Positions 25,956 through 40,705 of a DNA stretch of 64,000 nt are shown here, one piece after another (the first letter of the stretch is position 1; each line of letters begins with the position of its first letter). Source of the DNA: Octopus sinensis. Lineage: Eukaryota. Both the position numbers and the translations under genes were made by a program. The notes below the pieces were generated by a model that was given only the letters and a program-made list of their open reading frames with translations, did not search any database and was not told the DNA's origin. The stretch lies in assembly GCF_006345805.1 (NCBI RefSeq), contig NC_043002.1:15190001-15254000 (forward strand), written 5' to 3'.

Positions 25956-27369
25956 AGGCAAATAAGAAAATTGAGGGGATAAACACTCGACAAACATCAG
26001 CATGTAAACATTGGATTATATCTATTTATTAATTGGTAACAATCATATATATATAGGCGCAGGAGTGGCTGTGTGGTAAGTAGCTTGCTAACTAACCACA
26101 TGGTTCCGGGTTCAGTGCCACTGCGTGGCATCTTGGGCAAGTGTCTTCTGCTATAGCCCCGGGCCGACCAAAGCCTTTTGAGTGGATTTGGTAGACGGGA
26201 ACTGAAAGAAGCCAGTCGTATATATGTATATATATATATATGTGTGTGTGTGTTTGTGTGTCTGTGTTTGTCCCCTTAGCATTGCTTGACAACCGATGCT
26301 GGTGCGTTTACGTCCCCGTCACTTAGCGGTTCGGCAAAAGAGACCGATAGAATAAGTACTGGGCTTACAAAGAATAAGTCCTGGTGTCGATTTGCTCGAC
26401 TAAAGGTGGTGCTCGAGCATGGCCGCAGTCAAATGACTGAAACAAGTAAAAGAGTAAAGATTATATATAAGTGATCCATGAACTGATCCAAAGGGATGAG
26501 ACGGAGGAGGTTATCTCTACAAGTGCGATAAAGGAAATGTTGGGAATGGGGAAAGGCAACTTTCAAAATTTATTCAAAAGAAACACCTAGAAAAAGTTGC
26601 AACTCAGAGTGCGACAGCGCTATTTAATGGCACTTGCTTAAATAATTTCAGAACTACTCTGAAAGTGAAAATAAAACAGACCTTAATGGACAGGTTTTTT
26701 ATCGAAAATTCTTGCAGATTAAAGTGAGGAAAATGTGGCCAAAAAGGGAAAAAAATCAGAGAATAGGACTCAGTTATTCAGTTCAGCGTTTCTTGTTCAC
26801 CTCCGTCACCACCCTCAAGTCATCTGATCTCGAACGTAAACGTTGTACATGATACTTAATAAAACCAGTCTATTATAGTACATTCTATTGTAGTGTTTTT
26901 AATACAATGTTTGTAGCACTTCTTGGTGAAGTAGGGGGGGGCACTGAACGGATTAATGGTACCTCGATTCTTTCCAATGGAGAAATTCGATTTGACATAC
27001 GAGTAATTTGAGTTATGAGCTCCGTCACAGAATGCATTAAACTTGTATGTCAAGGTGCCACTACTCTACATTCACATTCATTCTTGCTTATTTAGAACTC
27101 ATACTTTAATGAACTTCTTTACAGGAATTTTAATAACAGCTATTTTCTGTGATACTCTTTTACTCTTTTACTATTTTATTTGTTTCAGTCATTTGACTGC
27201 GGCCATGATGGAGCACCGACTTTAGTCGAGCAAATCGACCCCGGGACTTATTCTTTGTAAGGCCAGTACTTATTCTATCGGTCTCTTTTGCCGAACCGCT
27301 AGGTGAGGGGACGTAAACACACCAGCATCGGTTGTCAAGCAATGCTAGGGGACAAACACAGACACACAA

Positions 27370-27441
<72 letters not shown>

Positions 27442-28652
27442 TATATATAAGGCAAATAAGAAAATTGAGGGGATAAACACTCGACAAACATCAGCATGTA
27501 AACATTGGATTATATCTATTTATTAATGGTAACAATCATATATATATAGGCGCAGGAGTGGCTGTGTGGTAAGTAGCTTGCTAACTAACCACATGGTTCC
27601 GGGCTCAGTGCCACTGCGTGGCATCTTGGGCAAGTGTCTTCTGCTATAGCCCCGGGCCGACCAAAGCCTTTTGAGTGGATTTGGTAGACGGGAACTGAAA
27701 GAAGCCAGTCGTATATATGTATATATATATATATATGTGTGTGTGTGTTTGTGTGTCTGTGTTTGTCCCCTTAGCATTGCTTGACAACCGATGCTGGTGC
27801 GTTTACGTCCCCGTCACTTAGCGGTTCGGCAAAAGAGACCGATAGAATAAGTACTGGGCTTACAAAGAATAAGTCCTGGTGTCGATTTGCTCGACTAAAG
27901 GTGGTGCTCCAGCATGGCCGCAGTCAAATGACTGAAACAAGTAAAAGAGTAAAGATTATATATAAGTGATCCATGAACTGATCCAAAGGGATGAGACGGA
28001 GGAGGTTATCTCTACAAGTGCGATAAAGGAAATGTTGGGAATGGGGAAAGGCAACTTTCAAAATTTATTCAAAAGAAACACCTAGAAAAAGTTGCAACTC
28101 AGAGTGCGACAGCGCTATTTAATGGCACTTGCTTAAATAAGTTCAGAACTACTCTGAAAGTGAAAATAAAACAGACCTTAATGGACAGGTTTTTTATCGA
28201 AAATTCTTGCAGATTAAAGTGAGGAAAATGTGGCCAAAAAGGGAAAAAAATCAGAGAATAGGACTCAGTTATTCAGTTCAGCGTTTCTTGTTCACCTCCG
28301 TCACCACCCTCAAGTCATCTGATCTCGAACGTAAACATTGTACATGATACTTAATAAAACCAGTCTATTATAGTACATTCTATTGTAGTGTTTTTAATAC
28401 AATGTTTGTAGCACTTCTTGGTGGAGTAGGGGGGGGGCACTGAACGGATTAATGGTACCTCGATTCTTTCCAATGGAGAAATTCGATTTGACATACGAGT
28501 AATTTGAGTTATGAGCTCCGTCACAGAATGCATTAAACTTGTATGTCAAGGTGCCACTGTACTCTACATTCACATTCATTCTTGCTTATTTAGAACTCAT
28601 ACTTTAATGAACTTCTTTACAGGAAATTTTAATAACAGCTATTTTCTGTGAT

Positions 28653-28869
28653 ACTCTTTTACTCTTTTACTATTTTATTTGTTTCAGTCATTTGACTGCG
28701 GCCATGATGGAGCACCGACTTTAGTCGAGCAAATCGACCCCGGGACTTATTCTTTGTAAGGCCAGTACTTATTCTATCGGTCTCTTTTGCCGAACCGCTA
28801 GGTGAGGGGACGTAAACACACCAGCATCGGTTGTCAAGCAATGCTAGGTGGACAAACACAGACACACAA

Positions 28870-28937
<68 letters not shown>

Positions 28938-29087
28938 GACAAGCTTCTTTCAGTTTCCGTCTACCAAATCCACCCACAAGGCATTGGTCGGCCAGAGGCT
29001 ATAGCAGAAGACACTTGCCCAAAGTACCACGCAGTGGGACTGAACCCGGAATGATGTGGTTGGTTAGCAAGCTACTTACCACATAGC
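28653..29087 (-). mobile_element. SINE family A, near full length; its 3' half is duplicated at 25652-25875 and 27155-27375
   Basis: Only the last unit continues past the microsatellite into the head (CAGTTTCCGTCTACC..GTGGGACTGAACCCGG). Confidence 0.88.
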
Positions 29088-31589
29088 TAAATGCAACTAA
29101 GCATTTCAGTTAATTTTTCATTAAAGGATAAATGAACTAAAGGTCATTTCCGAAAAAGTAATTCGTAATGAAGCGGACATTTCTTAAAGAAATATATTTA
29201 ACCTTTCTTTTATTTTTAACGCAAAAAATGCCCTTCACACAAACAGAAGAAACGATATATAACGCATGTTATTATATAAATACTATTGACTGTCATACTG
29301 TGCAGTATAGAAATTATTTGAAATGAGTTTGTATGCTACAGAAGCAGTTGGCCGCTATTTTAAACAAACGTTATTGCTATTTTTCTTATTTTTCTATAAT
29401 GTTTTAAATTATGGGTTTGAAAACGTGCATAGTTTTCAAAATTCCGATAAATTGTATTGAATGATATAGCCTTACCCCACGGAGTAAAGTTATTTCTATA
29501 TACGATCACTCTCAATTTATATATATCGAAGAAAACTCGTAACTAATGTAATGGTTCTGCCTGTAAACAGAAGCTGCATTAGTTGAACTAAAACTGCTCC
29601 GATCTGCTTTCTGTGACAATATCACTCGCCATTTATAGCGATATATCATATTTACTTTCTGCCAAAACTATGGTAGTAACATACTAATTTTTCATTCTTC
29701 AACATTATAAATATGTGTTATCGTATTTTTGTTTTATAAATCAATATATTAATCATATACACTTGGTAGATTCCATTGTATTTATGTTTACAAACATGTA
29801 AAAATATGAGGGGAAAGCATTTACATATTCAGAAGTTAAGTTAAACTGTAGAAGTCTTATCTTGCTATTTGTATTGATTTAATACACGTTTATGAAAAAC
29901 TTATTGATTTCCAATGTCGTACATAATTTTGCTTGTGTTTATGTTTCCAGTTTTATTCTATATTATTTTTTATTTGAATGTATTTCGTTATTTGCACACA
30001 AATGAATTTATGAGTTGTAGTATAAAGACTCACGAGCAAACTGTTAGTAGTTTTATTCACCATTCTAATTTATCTTTATGTCAAATGGTACGATACAAAG
30101 ATGTTTTCCTACAAACAACACCTAAATTATGGAGAACTAATATTACGAATTCTGTAGTTTGTTACTCTTTCCTACATACATTGTTACCATGAGAGATGTT
30201 TCAGATTATGCAAGAAAAATAACAATGACAATGAAATTAGTTCGCATATATATGATGATTAATCACGGAGTAAAATTCCGTTTTCGTTTGAGTATAAAAC
30301 ACTAAACAAGAAGAGGAAAAGGGATATGATTATGTTAATGTTCTAAACTTCTTCTGGTAGCACGCTCAACGAATAAAACCATTTATTATGTATTGAAAGA
30401 AGCGTGTTTGCTGTCAAAGAAATGTTTTTTGTCAATGTGCTACATATGAGATATCTAATAGAAAATGCCAGAATTACATGCAACTTTATACAAAAGGAAG
30501 ATAGGAAGTTGTTTTCACTCCTCTACAGAGCTAGAACCTATTATAATTTACAAAGAAATAACATACCTTTTACAATCTCTGTATGTTTCCTACAAACTGT
30601 TTATCTATTTTATTTATCCTCCTTCTTTCCATGCCCATCAACAAGGCAGTATTACATTTTACAGAGTTCGACTAAGACATTATGATATCAGTATATTCCA
30701 GCAGTTTCTATGTTCCATAACCAATTATTAACAATTCAAATCACAGTGTATTCTGATTAGATCTTTTAATGTTTTTGCTATGATAAATGTCAAATTGTGT
30801 TTAAATACCTCAGGATAATTATTCAGCGAGATCAGTTAATTAGACATCAATTTATTGTGCGCGAATTCTTGTAGAATGAGCTCATATGTGAATATTGTGT
30901 ACGTTATAAAATATACATCGACAATATAAAGTTAGTGATTTAACTATTAACAAATATATAACATACGCTTTATTCATTACATTCATTATCAAAATGACAT
31001 GAACATCTAACTATTTAGATGTTATGTACGCAAGTATTCACCTGTATACAATAGTGTTTTCCCGCGTAGTGAATCCAACATTTTGTTAACTGAGTAGAAA
31101 GGATAATTAAGTTTTGTGAGAGATGGAAAACTTGCAAGAAAAGAAAATTATTGAGCGAAACTAGTCGTTCATCGATAGTATACGAGCGCATTCAAAGATG
31201 TTTCGTTCTATAGAAAAGACAAACATGTTGTGCCGCTTCAAAGTTGGATAGCTACTTCAAAATCGTACTTACAGGCCTTATCTGTTATATCAAATTCAAA
31301 CTTTACATACGCATAATAGTCGAAGCGACAAGTCGCGTATTTGGCTTGGGGGACTATTTATCGAAAATACGATGAATACTACATCATACTTTGGAGTTAC
31401 AACTATCAGCCTTGTTACATAACTGGTTAATTTTCAGATGAATTAACCGAGGGAACCTTTTATTCATGATCGTAGTGATTCTCGACTGAAACTTATATTT
31501 AGCATGCAGAGAGTTACTACAAACAACATGGGTGGACACAACATCAAAACAGCACAATCGAGGAACAGAACGAAAATAGAAGAGCTCTC

Positions 31590-31885
31590 GAAAGAGCTGT
31601 TCTTCACTCCTGCTCCAGAGCGTCGGCTGCGGTGTCATTTCGAAAAGCTCTATCTGCGATGATTCCATCTCAATCGAAGGAGAGGGGCTTTCTCCGTCCG
31701 GATTGCGGATCCGTGGAATAAGCTGCCAGACGAGATGGTTAAGATGCCGACGACCGCTCGGTTCAAAGTCTCCCTTGACCTCAAGTGGCCTGAACACTTT
31801 ACATGAACACCACTCTGTACATAACTCCATGTCCCCCTACATGGCCTTTCTTCTTGCTCTTTGAGCCAAAAAATTAACTAACTAA
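31590..31885 (+). mobile_element. CR1-group LINE 3' terminal fragment (same family as 8503-8850)
   Basis: GAGCTGTTCTTCACTCCTGCTCCAGAGCGTCGGCTGCGG..CCGTGGAATAAGCTGCCAGACGAG..AATTAACTAACT. Confidence 0.88.
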
Positions 31886-32394
31886 GAAGCTCAGCAGGTA
31901 AACAAATTCTTTCTAGCTGTAGTTGTAGAAGAAACCGTAACTACAAAACTCATTTCTCTTCGAAGTTATGAATTGAGTAAAGATCTATTTAACTGCTACA
32001 AAAAGCGTAACAAAACCCTCCTGTTGGTTATACGAATCGATTGATATCATATTGGTACGATCTGCGTCCAGAATTAAACTATTTAAATGTGAGGCATCTG
32101 CGCCAACATTTAACAATTGTAGAAAATTAGAAGAAATTACTAACTGTAAATTTATTGAAAAATCGAAAATTAATCTTCTTTCCAACACTATAAAGAAAAA
32201 ATGAAAATGTGAATGATATGAGATCACCACGTGGTTTCACAGCTAGCGACATTCTAACAGATTCCATAATGCCTGCCAGCCAAACTACATTATGGCAAAA
32301 GTAACTGACCAGTGCCCCCCCCACACACACACACTAAAACTATGGTAAATAGCAGGCGCAACCGCAACGATTATTGTAGTAGTAGTTGTAGTCA

Positions 32395-35300
32395 GGATTA
32401 ATTCCGGTGAAATGTGCCCTTACTGAAATTTTCTGAGAAAAATATTAATTTGGCTTTGAAGTACTCCCTCGAGGAGAGAATATTCTCTACTCTAAAGTAA
32501 GTAAAAATCCTCCAGATATGGCATTAACAGTTGTTAACGTAATTAGTGATGACTATTTACAACAGTGTTATGAACCCACATACTGGCAGATTAAGACCTG
32601 TCTATATGATCTTGCTATTGCTGCCAGAGAAAAATCGATCCCCAAATGCTGAATCATATGGCAAAATACTACGGTTATGCATGCCAGAACTTAATGTATA
32701 AGATAAAAACAGCATGTTTAAACCTCTTCCTCCAGGACCATTGTGAAACTAATAACATGAATGATATTCAAAAACTGAAAAAAGTAAACTGAAATAACAA
32801 AGAAAGTACCATCATAGGTTTTGAAGACAGAGAAAAAGATAACTGGTTTACTTATTGCATGCACAACAGCAAATCACTATACGTCCCAACAACAGAAAGT
32901 AAAGGAGATAGAAATGATGTTTGGAGTCAGCAAAACGAGGACTCTCACTTGCAAACTGATTACCCTCAAATAGAAACTAAAGCTGTCAGTGAAAAACTCC
33001 GACATCAGGAGAGAAATAAAAAAAAAATTAACCGCAACCAGGCAGCGGTATACAGAGACATGAGAAGGAGGAGCAGGAAACACCACGAAGCTCCTTCACG
33101 AGAAGACATAGGCTCCTTCAGGAGGGAAATCTTGAGTGAAGAGAAGGAATTTAACCTAGATTTTCTGTGGCTGGAAGAAATCTGAAAAAATGTTTGCCCC
33201 TGTGTTACATTTAAGACAAACATCATTAATGGCAAAACTCTTGCAACGGTGATCCAGAAGATCCAGGATGGAAAAACACCCAGAAGAGACTTGATTATTG
33301 GATATTGGTACGAGAAGCTAACATTCTACCGATCATATCTTATCGTTCTGTACAACCGAACTCTCACTGGGAACAGTAGCAAACCACACTGGTTATCTCT
33401 GGCAGAGACAAAATCGATTCCCAAATGCAGAACCACATAGCAAAATACAACCGGCCAATTGCATGACAGAACTTAATGTATAAGATAAAAACAGCATGTT
33501 TAAACCTCTTTCTCCAGGACCATTGTGAAACTAATAACATTATTACACCAGAACAAGGGAGCCTGGCGATGTATCGGGCAATTGTTAATCAACAAAACTA
33601 TAATGTCAGAGGTGCGAAAGCATAGGAGGAACCTAGTTTCAATGTGGCTAGACTACAAGAAAACCGTTGTCTCTCTTCCCCACTCATGGATGCTAGAATC
33701 CCTTCAACTTGCTAAAATTCACGTGAAAATAGTGAAAGCAAGCTGATCTGCTTTCATCGTGGGCCACCATCTTGAAATTAAACACAAAGAGTGACTGTAT
33801 TATTACCGATAGAATACAATACAAAGGGACAGCTACTATGTGATGTTGTTTATTGTTGCTGTAAACACTTTGTCATTCATGTTAAGCAAATCTGAAGGAT
33901 ATCTCACTGGTTCATTTAGAAAGAGAAATACCAAAATGTGGATGACTTAAATCTTTATGCAAACAATATGAGATGAAAAAAGAGCCTTGACCTAGTTACA
34001 ACATCCTATGTAGGATTGGAGTTTGGTCAGGAAAAATGTTATTATATAGTTGTGAAAAGGAGGAAAACTATAAACCAGACTAGAAGCAGCTCCATCAATG
34101 ATTCGACATTTCCCCCCGTACCTTATGAGAAATACTACAATTATCTTAGGGTGGATGAAAATATATCTTACAATCGCACCTGTAACAAAAAACGTGTCAC
34201 TAAAACTATTACAGCTGAATAAAGAAAGTTTGAATACCAGAACTATCTGCATTCAATAAAACAATGGTCCACAAAGTGTTTGCAATGCCAGTACTCATAC
34301 CAGCATTTGCGCTGCTTGATTGAACGCTTTATGAGACTGAGCCATTGATGTGAAATCCGAAAAATATTAACAAGCACATATAATTACCACATAAACAGTG
34401 AGGTAGACCACATCTACCTAAAATGAATACAAGTCGGTAGAGGCTGAACAGCGATCCGAAATGACTTTGAATGTCACATCATATCCATTCGGCAACATTT
34501 TTAAACAACAAATTATCGAAGTGCATACCTTGACCAAGTTTGCATACATGAGGCTGATAGCATCGTAAGATTGGAAGGCAAGACACTTTCTCTGATAACC
34601 TAGAATACATGCCCAAAGAAGTTGCACAACTCTACCGTAACGCATCATCAGATGATAGGATGTGCCTGTATGAGCAGAAGACTATGCATGGATATGTTAG
34701 CAGAAAGCTCCGTAATGATAGTAACATCGATTAAACAAAGCAGTTTATCGTGGATCAATACTCGGATTACTAGCTCTCACTATGAAAGGTATGTGTTTGC
34801 AATCCAAGAACCATGTACCTGATGCCCAAAAGGGGTAGAGATGCAGGAAAAACGGTAAAATATGACAAGCGATGCAGACTTTGTGGCTTTCACACTGGAG
34901 ATATCACCCACGTCATAAGCAGTTGTCCGAGAATGTCATCACTTTATTCTCTACCGATGAGATATGATGTTGTAGCTAGGAAACTCTATAATGAAATCCG
35001 TCGGAAGGATAATCGCGAAGACGAAGGTATAAGAACCCACAATATGGTAGTAGCTATAGCCACTCATAACAAAAAAGAATACTGGAATGTCTCAGTGAAG
35101 ACCTCAATAAACAGAACTGATTTGAAGATTCGGGATAGGGTAGAGCAACTGTGCATAGTTGTGGAAATTCGCTGCCCAGTTGATGTTAAAATATGGCCCA
35201 AGATCAGTGAGAAACAGAACGCCTATGATGAGCTACTGCGAAATTTGCAGTTACTCTATCCGGATAACAAATTCAGGGTAATAGCTGTAATTATTGGCGC

Positions 35301-35730
35301 ATTGGGGCCCAGGGATTTGTAACACACTGCCTAAATACCAATCTTGAGAAATTTGTCTTCTCAAAACCAGAAAGGAGAAAGCTAATTCAAAGACTACAGA
35401 TCCAATCCATCACCGAACCTAAAATGTGTAAAACTTTCCAGAAGATTATCGTTTAAGTATATATGAGCATGTCTAGATATGCAACTAAATGCATGAGAAT
35501 ACATAAATAAAGCATATATATCTGCATATGCATACATACATGCATACATACATGCATACATACATACATACATACATACATACATACATACATACATACA
35601 TACATACATACATACATACAACAATAACCTGTTGTTGATGCTGAAATTCCAATGTAGGAGCGCCGGATCTAGGTTAGGAACCGGTTCTTTCTCTATTGGC
35701 AAGAAATCTTGACATAAACTGAATAATGAC
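32395..35730 (+). mobile_element. R4/Dong-like RLE non-LTR retrotransposon, decayed and rearranged
   Basis: RPIA*QNLMYK; QLLINKTIMSEVRKHRRNLVSMWLDYKK..LPHSWMLESL (33525); CCHC plus RLE region CRLCGFHTGDITHVISSC..NRTDLKIRD..IVVEIRCP..VIIGALG (34813-35322). 3' UTR with (CATA)n. Confidence 0.85.
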
Positions 35731-35889
35731 ATACATATTTGCATGCAAACACACTCATACATACATACAAACATACGTACATACATACATACATACGTGC
35801 GTACATGCATACATACATTTATACATACATATATTTATACATACATATGTTTATACATACATACATTCATACATACATACATACGTACA

Positions 35890-36805
35890 TGAGAGATATC
35901 GATGAGGCATGATGATAGAGCTAGGGCACAGGACAACGAGACCCACAGTATGGTGAATGCGATAATCACTCATAATAAAAGAGACAAGTGGTGGTACGTC
36001 CCACTCAAGGCGGCGAGTTGGAAGAAACGTTAGCACGCCGGGCGAAATGCTTAGTGGTATTTCGTCTGCGTTACGTTGTGAGTTCAAATTCCGCCGAGGT
36101 CGACTTTGCCTTTCATCCTTTCGGGGTCGATAAATTAAGTACCAGTTACGCACTGGGGTCGATGTAATCGACTTAATACCTATGTCTGTCCTTGTTTGTC
36201 CCCTCTGTGTTTAGCCCCTTGTGGGTAATAAGAAATAGGTATGTCCCACTGAATATCTCAATAGAATGTAAACACAATAGACTTCACATAATGCTTTGGG
36301 ACAGAGAATTGAAATTGTACCTACGCTGAACTAGTGAGCATTATGCTGTTATTCTATGCAGATTACAAGTTCAGGTTTATATATGTAATTATCGGGACAC
36401 TGGGATATGTAAATACCAATCTTTAGAAATTAGGCTTGCGAAAATCAGAAAGTAGAAAACTCATTCGAAAACTACAAATCGGTAACACATTCTAGAATTT
36501 CATCATTGACGTAGATATGAGCATGTCTAAATATGCAACTATATGTATGAGAATACATATATAAAACAAACATACAAATCTGCACATATACATACATACA
36601 TACATACATACATACATACATACATACACATACATACATACATACATACATACATACAACATACATACATACATACATACATACATACAGAGAAAAACAC
36701 AAAGATATTGTAGTTGTTGAAATCTAAATGAAGGAGCTTTTGATCTAGGTTAGAAACAGGCTGTTTCAATATTGGCAGAAGCTCTTGAAATAAAACTGAA
36801 TAACT
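35890..36805 (+). mobile_element. Second, diverged copy of the R4/Dong-like 3' end, interrupted by a SINE
   Basis: THSMVNAIITHNKRDKWWYVP/NISIECKHNR..YKFRFIYVIIGTLG parallels 35030-35310. UTR ATATGAGCATGTCTA.ATATGCAACT, (CATA)n and ATCTAGGTTAG repeated. Confidence 0.8.
36007..36240 (+). mobile_element. tRNA-like SINE, family B (Meta-domain-like core), with target-site duplication
   Basis: GGCGGCGAGTTGG..GAGTTCAAATTCC (B box) and GAGGTCGACTTTGCCTTTCATCCTTTCGGGGTCGATAAATTAAGTACCAG. TSD GGTA(C/T)GTCCCACT at 35993-36005 and 36238-36250. Confidence 0.88.
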
Positions 36806-37039
36806 ATATACGTACGTAAATTCGTACCTACAAGTGAATGTAGAAACCTTGTGGACCATATGAAATCATTTGTTTTTTATGAGTGAACATAAAAACAAAC
36901 CTTGATATATATATTTTACCTTGATCTTGAAGTCTACTCTATACTTTTCAGAGTAAACATTTATTATTATTCAATAATATTATTGATGGTAACGTCGAAA
37001 TTTCTACCACCGCTTCGTCGGATGTGCTATCGCGACCCG

Positions 37040-37258
37040 TAAGCTCATAAGGGCGGTTCCTTGCATACTGTGGTGTATGTAACTCTATAAACATGGACAT
37101 GGTGCCGGTGGATCGCATGATTATTCAGTTTAGCCAGCTAAGTGAACTGGAGCATCCTGGAATGAAATGTTTTGCTCAAAAAGATAACGCATTACCCACT
37201 GCAGGAATCGAAGCCACAAACTTATGTTCGTGCAGCGTCTTAACGACTAAAGCATGTA
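37040..37258 (-). mobile_element. Old SINE, C/D-like, degraded
   Basis: GCTCATAAGGGCGGTTCCTTG, TGTTTTGCTCAA and GGAATCGAAGCCAC..TCTTAACGACTAAAGCATG resemble the reverse complement of families C/D. Confidence 0.5.
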
Positions 37259-38474
37259 CTTCCACACACACACAAACATACATGCGCACATGCAAAAACA
37301 TACACGCACAAACGCAGACACACGCAGATATGTGTGTATATGTGTGTGTAAAATTGCACATTCATATATATTTAAAACACGGTTTTCATTTCCCGCGAGA
37401 CATCGTAATCTAAAATGTGGACTCTGTACGAGTCACTGTATTTTGTCATTCTTCTTATGAACAGAAGTTATCCCTACAAATATCACCAGCCACTTAGAAA
37501 GTTTACATACATACTCACACATACTTACGGACATACATACATATACGTTCACCCAAATCATACATACAATAAATGTGTGTGTGTATATGTATGTATGTAT
37601 CTTCAATTGCATTTATCAACGTTCATGCACATATCGTTTGATTCATTATTAAGTATGCAGTTGGCCGTCTCTTTCCAAAACCCAATACTTTAACATGTAA
37701 TTTAATATTTTATTCCCTTAGCAGTTCCGTCACAATAATGATATCTAAAGAAATTTTAAATTTTATTTCCCAACATAATGTGGGGTTTTGTATAGATGTT
37801 CCATCAATATCTATGTTATTACTCAACGATATTATTTGTAACAATGTTAAAAATAACGTCTTTCTGAGCGAAATAAATTGGATATTGTGTAAAATTTAAT
37901 CATAATTTAAATCTCAATGTCAAAATAGAATCCAGTTGGTAAGAGATAAATCTGTCACTATTCAAACTGATAATATTGATAAAATCACTGCTTGGATATT
38001 ATCTGATTACACAACATGCTAATAGAAATACACGGGGATGGAATGTCTTACTAGACCTTTAGCATAATCCGGTAGAAAGTAAGTGTTCAGTATTCATATC
38101 TATGTCCACAAATCAAAGAGATGAGACATGTCATTCACATAATTGAAGTTACACACTGAAACACACACGCACTGTCTTTCACAGACACACGCATATATAC
38201 GTATAGATATGTTGACTGTATATTTCTTTGTCCAGAAAAAGTGCTTCAAGGTCGTTTCGCTTCTGTTCTTGTATCCTGGTGTTTCTGAAACGAGACCGAA
38301 CGCTTATAAACAAGGCTTCAGAAGCTTAGTTCTGTGGTTGAGGCAATAAACTAAAATTTTTAAGGCAATATTGCTTTCCAATGAATGAAAGTAAATTGTT
38401 CATATATGTATATGTGTGTGTGTGTCTGTATGTGAATGTGCACTCGCGCGCGCGTATATTGACCGTTAGGTCCA

Positions 38475-38635
38475 AAAGTTTTGTTTTTTATTATTTCTCT
38501 GTTTATTTCCGCATGCTCCTTTCTGTTCAAGAGTGTAGGCTCGAAACTTAAAAGACTATCTCACCGTGCACAGCATTAAATTTGTTCACCTGTTCTTTAT
38601 ACAAACGTCTTCTTCTGTTTCAGTAAATTTCAACT
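38475..38635 (+). mobile_element. Family H1 partial copy with hammerhead-like motif
   Basis: CCTTT-CTGTTCA-A-GAGTGTAGGCTC-GAAA-CTTA-AAAGAC at 38518-38556. Confidence 0.6.
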
Positions 38636-38819
38636 ACACAAACACACACACACACACATATATATATAAATATAGATGGATAGACAGATCGGTAGATGAA
38701 TGGATGTATTGATGGATAAGTGAAAATATACATATATAGACAGATAGATCGATAGATAGACAGATATATATATATATTTGAGTTGCCTAATAGTGGTTTT
38801 ATCTCTAATTTAATATACA

Positions 38820-39040
<221 letters not shown>

Positions 39041-39349
39041 ATGTAATTGAAAATAGAGATGTATTCACTTCCAAATCTTTTATATTGAAAAGTTTTCTAT
39101 AGTATATATAACAATGACCAAAATATAATTCTAGTGCAACAACTATACATTGCTCTAGTATATTGTTCAGAAAATAATGCCCGAATTGTTATATTGGCTT
39201 ATAATCTTGCAAAATTGACCTTAGAGAAAGGTTTAATTATTCAAAATATGATTCAAAATATGATCCCCATGCATTTCTCCCATCGATTAACAAGGTCATA
39301 TATTCGTCTTCGATATTAATTACAAGGTTTTTGATGCCAAGAAATCCTT

Positions 39350-39985
39350 GAATTCAATTTTGACCTCGGTTTTGGAATGGAACGTATCTGGCCTTAAAAA
39401 AACATTTCTATATGCTTGAAAAAGTGATAGTTGGTGGGTGAAAGACCAGGAGAGTACGGAGGGTGTCGGAAAATCTCAATTGACATTGGTAGGTCTTATT
39501 TTGCTCAAATGAACACGCCTTATTGCCCTCCTTTACAGTCACCAAGCTTATGTAATATTTCTCTGACACTTTGTCGTGAATTGTGTTTGAATATTGTTTT
39601 CAAATACGGATAATCAAAGGTGAACAGGTATCCTCTACATTCTTGATATTGAAGGCACTCGTCACCACTACTGATACTCTCAAACCACAGTCTTAACACC
39701 AAACTATTATTGGATCCTTTAACCCCATGCTCTGATGATACTGGCAGCTGTTCCGGAAGTATTATGTCCAAACTTGAACTCATTTACAGGCATTTTTTCT
39801 TTCTTCATGTTTGAAAGTTAGGATTTCTACGCTTCAAATTTACATTTTGAAGGAAGTCAATAAAAATGTACAAAGAGTACACATCAATTATTAAGCCTGC
39901 CAAATTTCATCAAAAACGTTACAAAAATAATATCTTACATCGAATCTTTATAATGTTTTCGAAAAATCGGGCTGTATCTTCCGAG
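39350..39985 (-). mobile_element. Internally deleted mariner transposase relic
   Basis: Reverse complement gives IEIFRHPPYSPGLSPTNYHFFKHI (YSPDLAP motif) and N-terminal HTH-like WFESISSGDECLQYQECRG. Confidence 0.75.
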
Positions 39986-40266
39986 CAACGTAATGTATGT
40001 AGTTTACACCGCTAAGGTGTGAAGGAAATATATTCTAGGGAGAGATAAACATCATTTAATGGACCTAGTATTTAAAAGAAAAGCTATTGATGAGCCCTAA
40101 GCCTAAGTATTGCTTGGAGGCAGAAGCATGTAATATAAATCCGAATAATATTAGTATCTCTATGGTAAAAAAAAAAAATATTAATAGCTCTCATTTTAAA
40201 TACTGTGTACATTAAATATACACGTAATATAATATAATATAATATTTATATTAATATGTATATATA

Positions 40267-40346
<80 letters not shown>

Positions 40347-40662
40347 TATATATTTATTTATTTATTTATATGTATGTATGTATCAATTTATGTTTATACA
40401 TATATAAATGTATCCACGTGAATTCTTATATTCTTGCATACATTCAGTCTTTTAAACGATAATTATTAATGTTACTCGGTTTTCCTATAAATATATTTTT
40501 TATGAGTATCATATATATTGTTCTTTTGTTTCTTCAGAAATTATGATTATTGTCCATTAACATGTATCTTTTCATCACATTCACACGCCCAAACATATCT
40601 ACCAGCATCCATGCATATATATATGATATATCAACATATATATATATATGCATGCATATATA

Positions 40663-40705
<43 letters not shown>

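Larger units (their letters stand above)
24446..28935 (+). repeat. Tandem triplication of a ~1.5 kb unit (starts ~24446, ~25955, ~27449)
   Basis: Near-identical units, each starting AAGGCAAATAAGAAAATTGAGG. Duplicated ORFs at 24779/26286/27781. Confidence 0.97.

Noticed and set aside
24446-28935. CRISPR-like or gene-array interpretation of the repeats
   Set aside because: Units are 1.5 kb near-identical duplicates made of SINE and Tigger pieces. There are no unique spacers or cas genes, and the repeated ORFs are SINE translations.
35640-35700. Possible hammerhead in the R4/Dong 3' UTR (CCAATGTAG..GGAACCGGTTC; also ~36725-36770)
   Set aside because: No CUGANGA box in either copy and the stems are not convincing.
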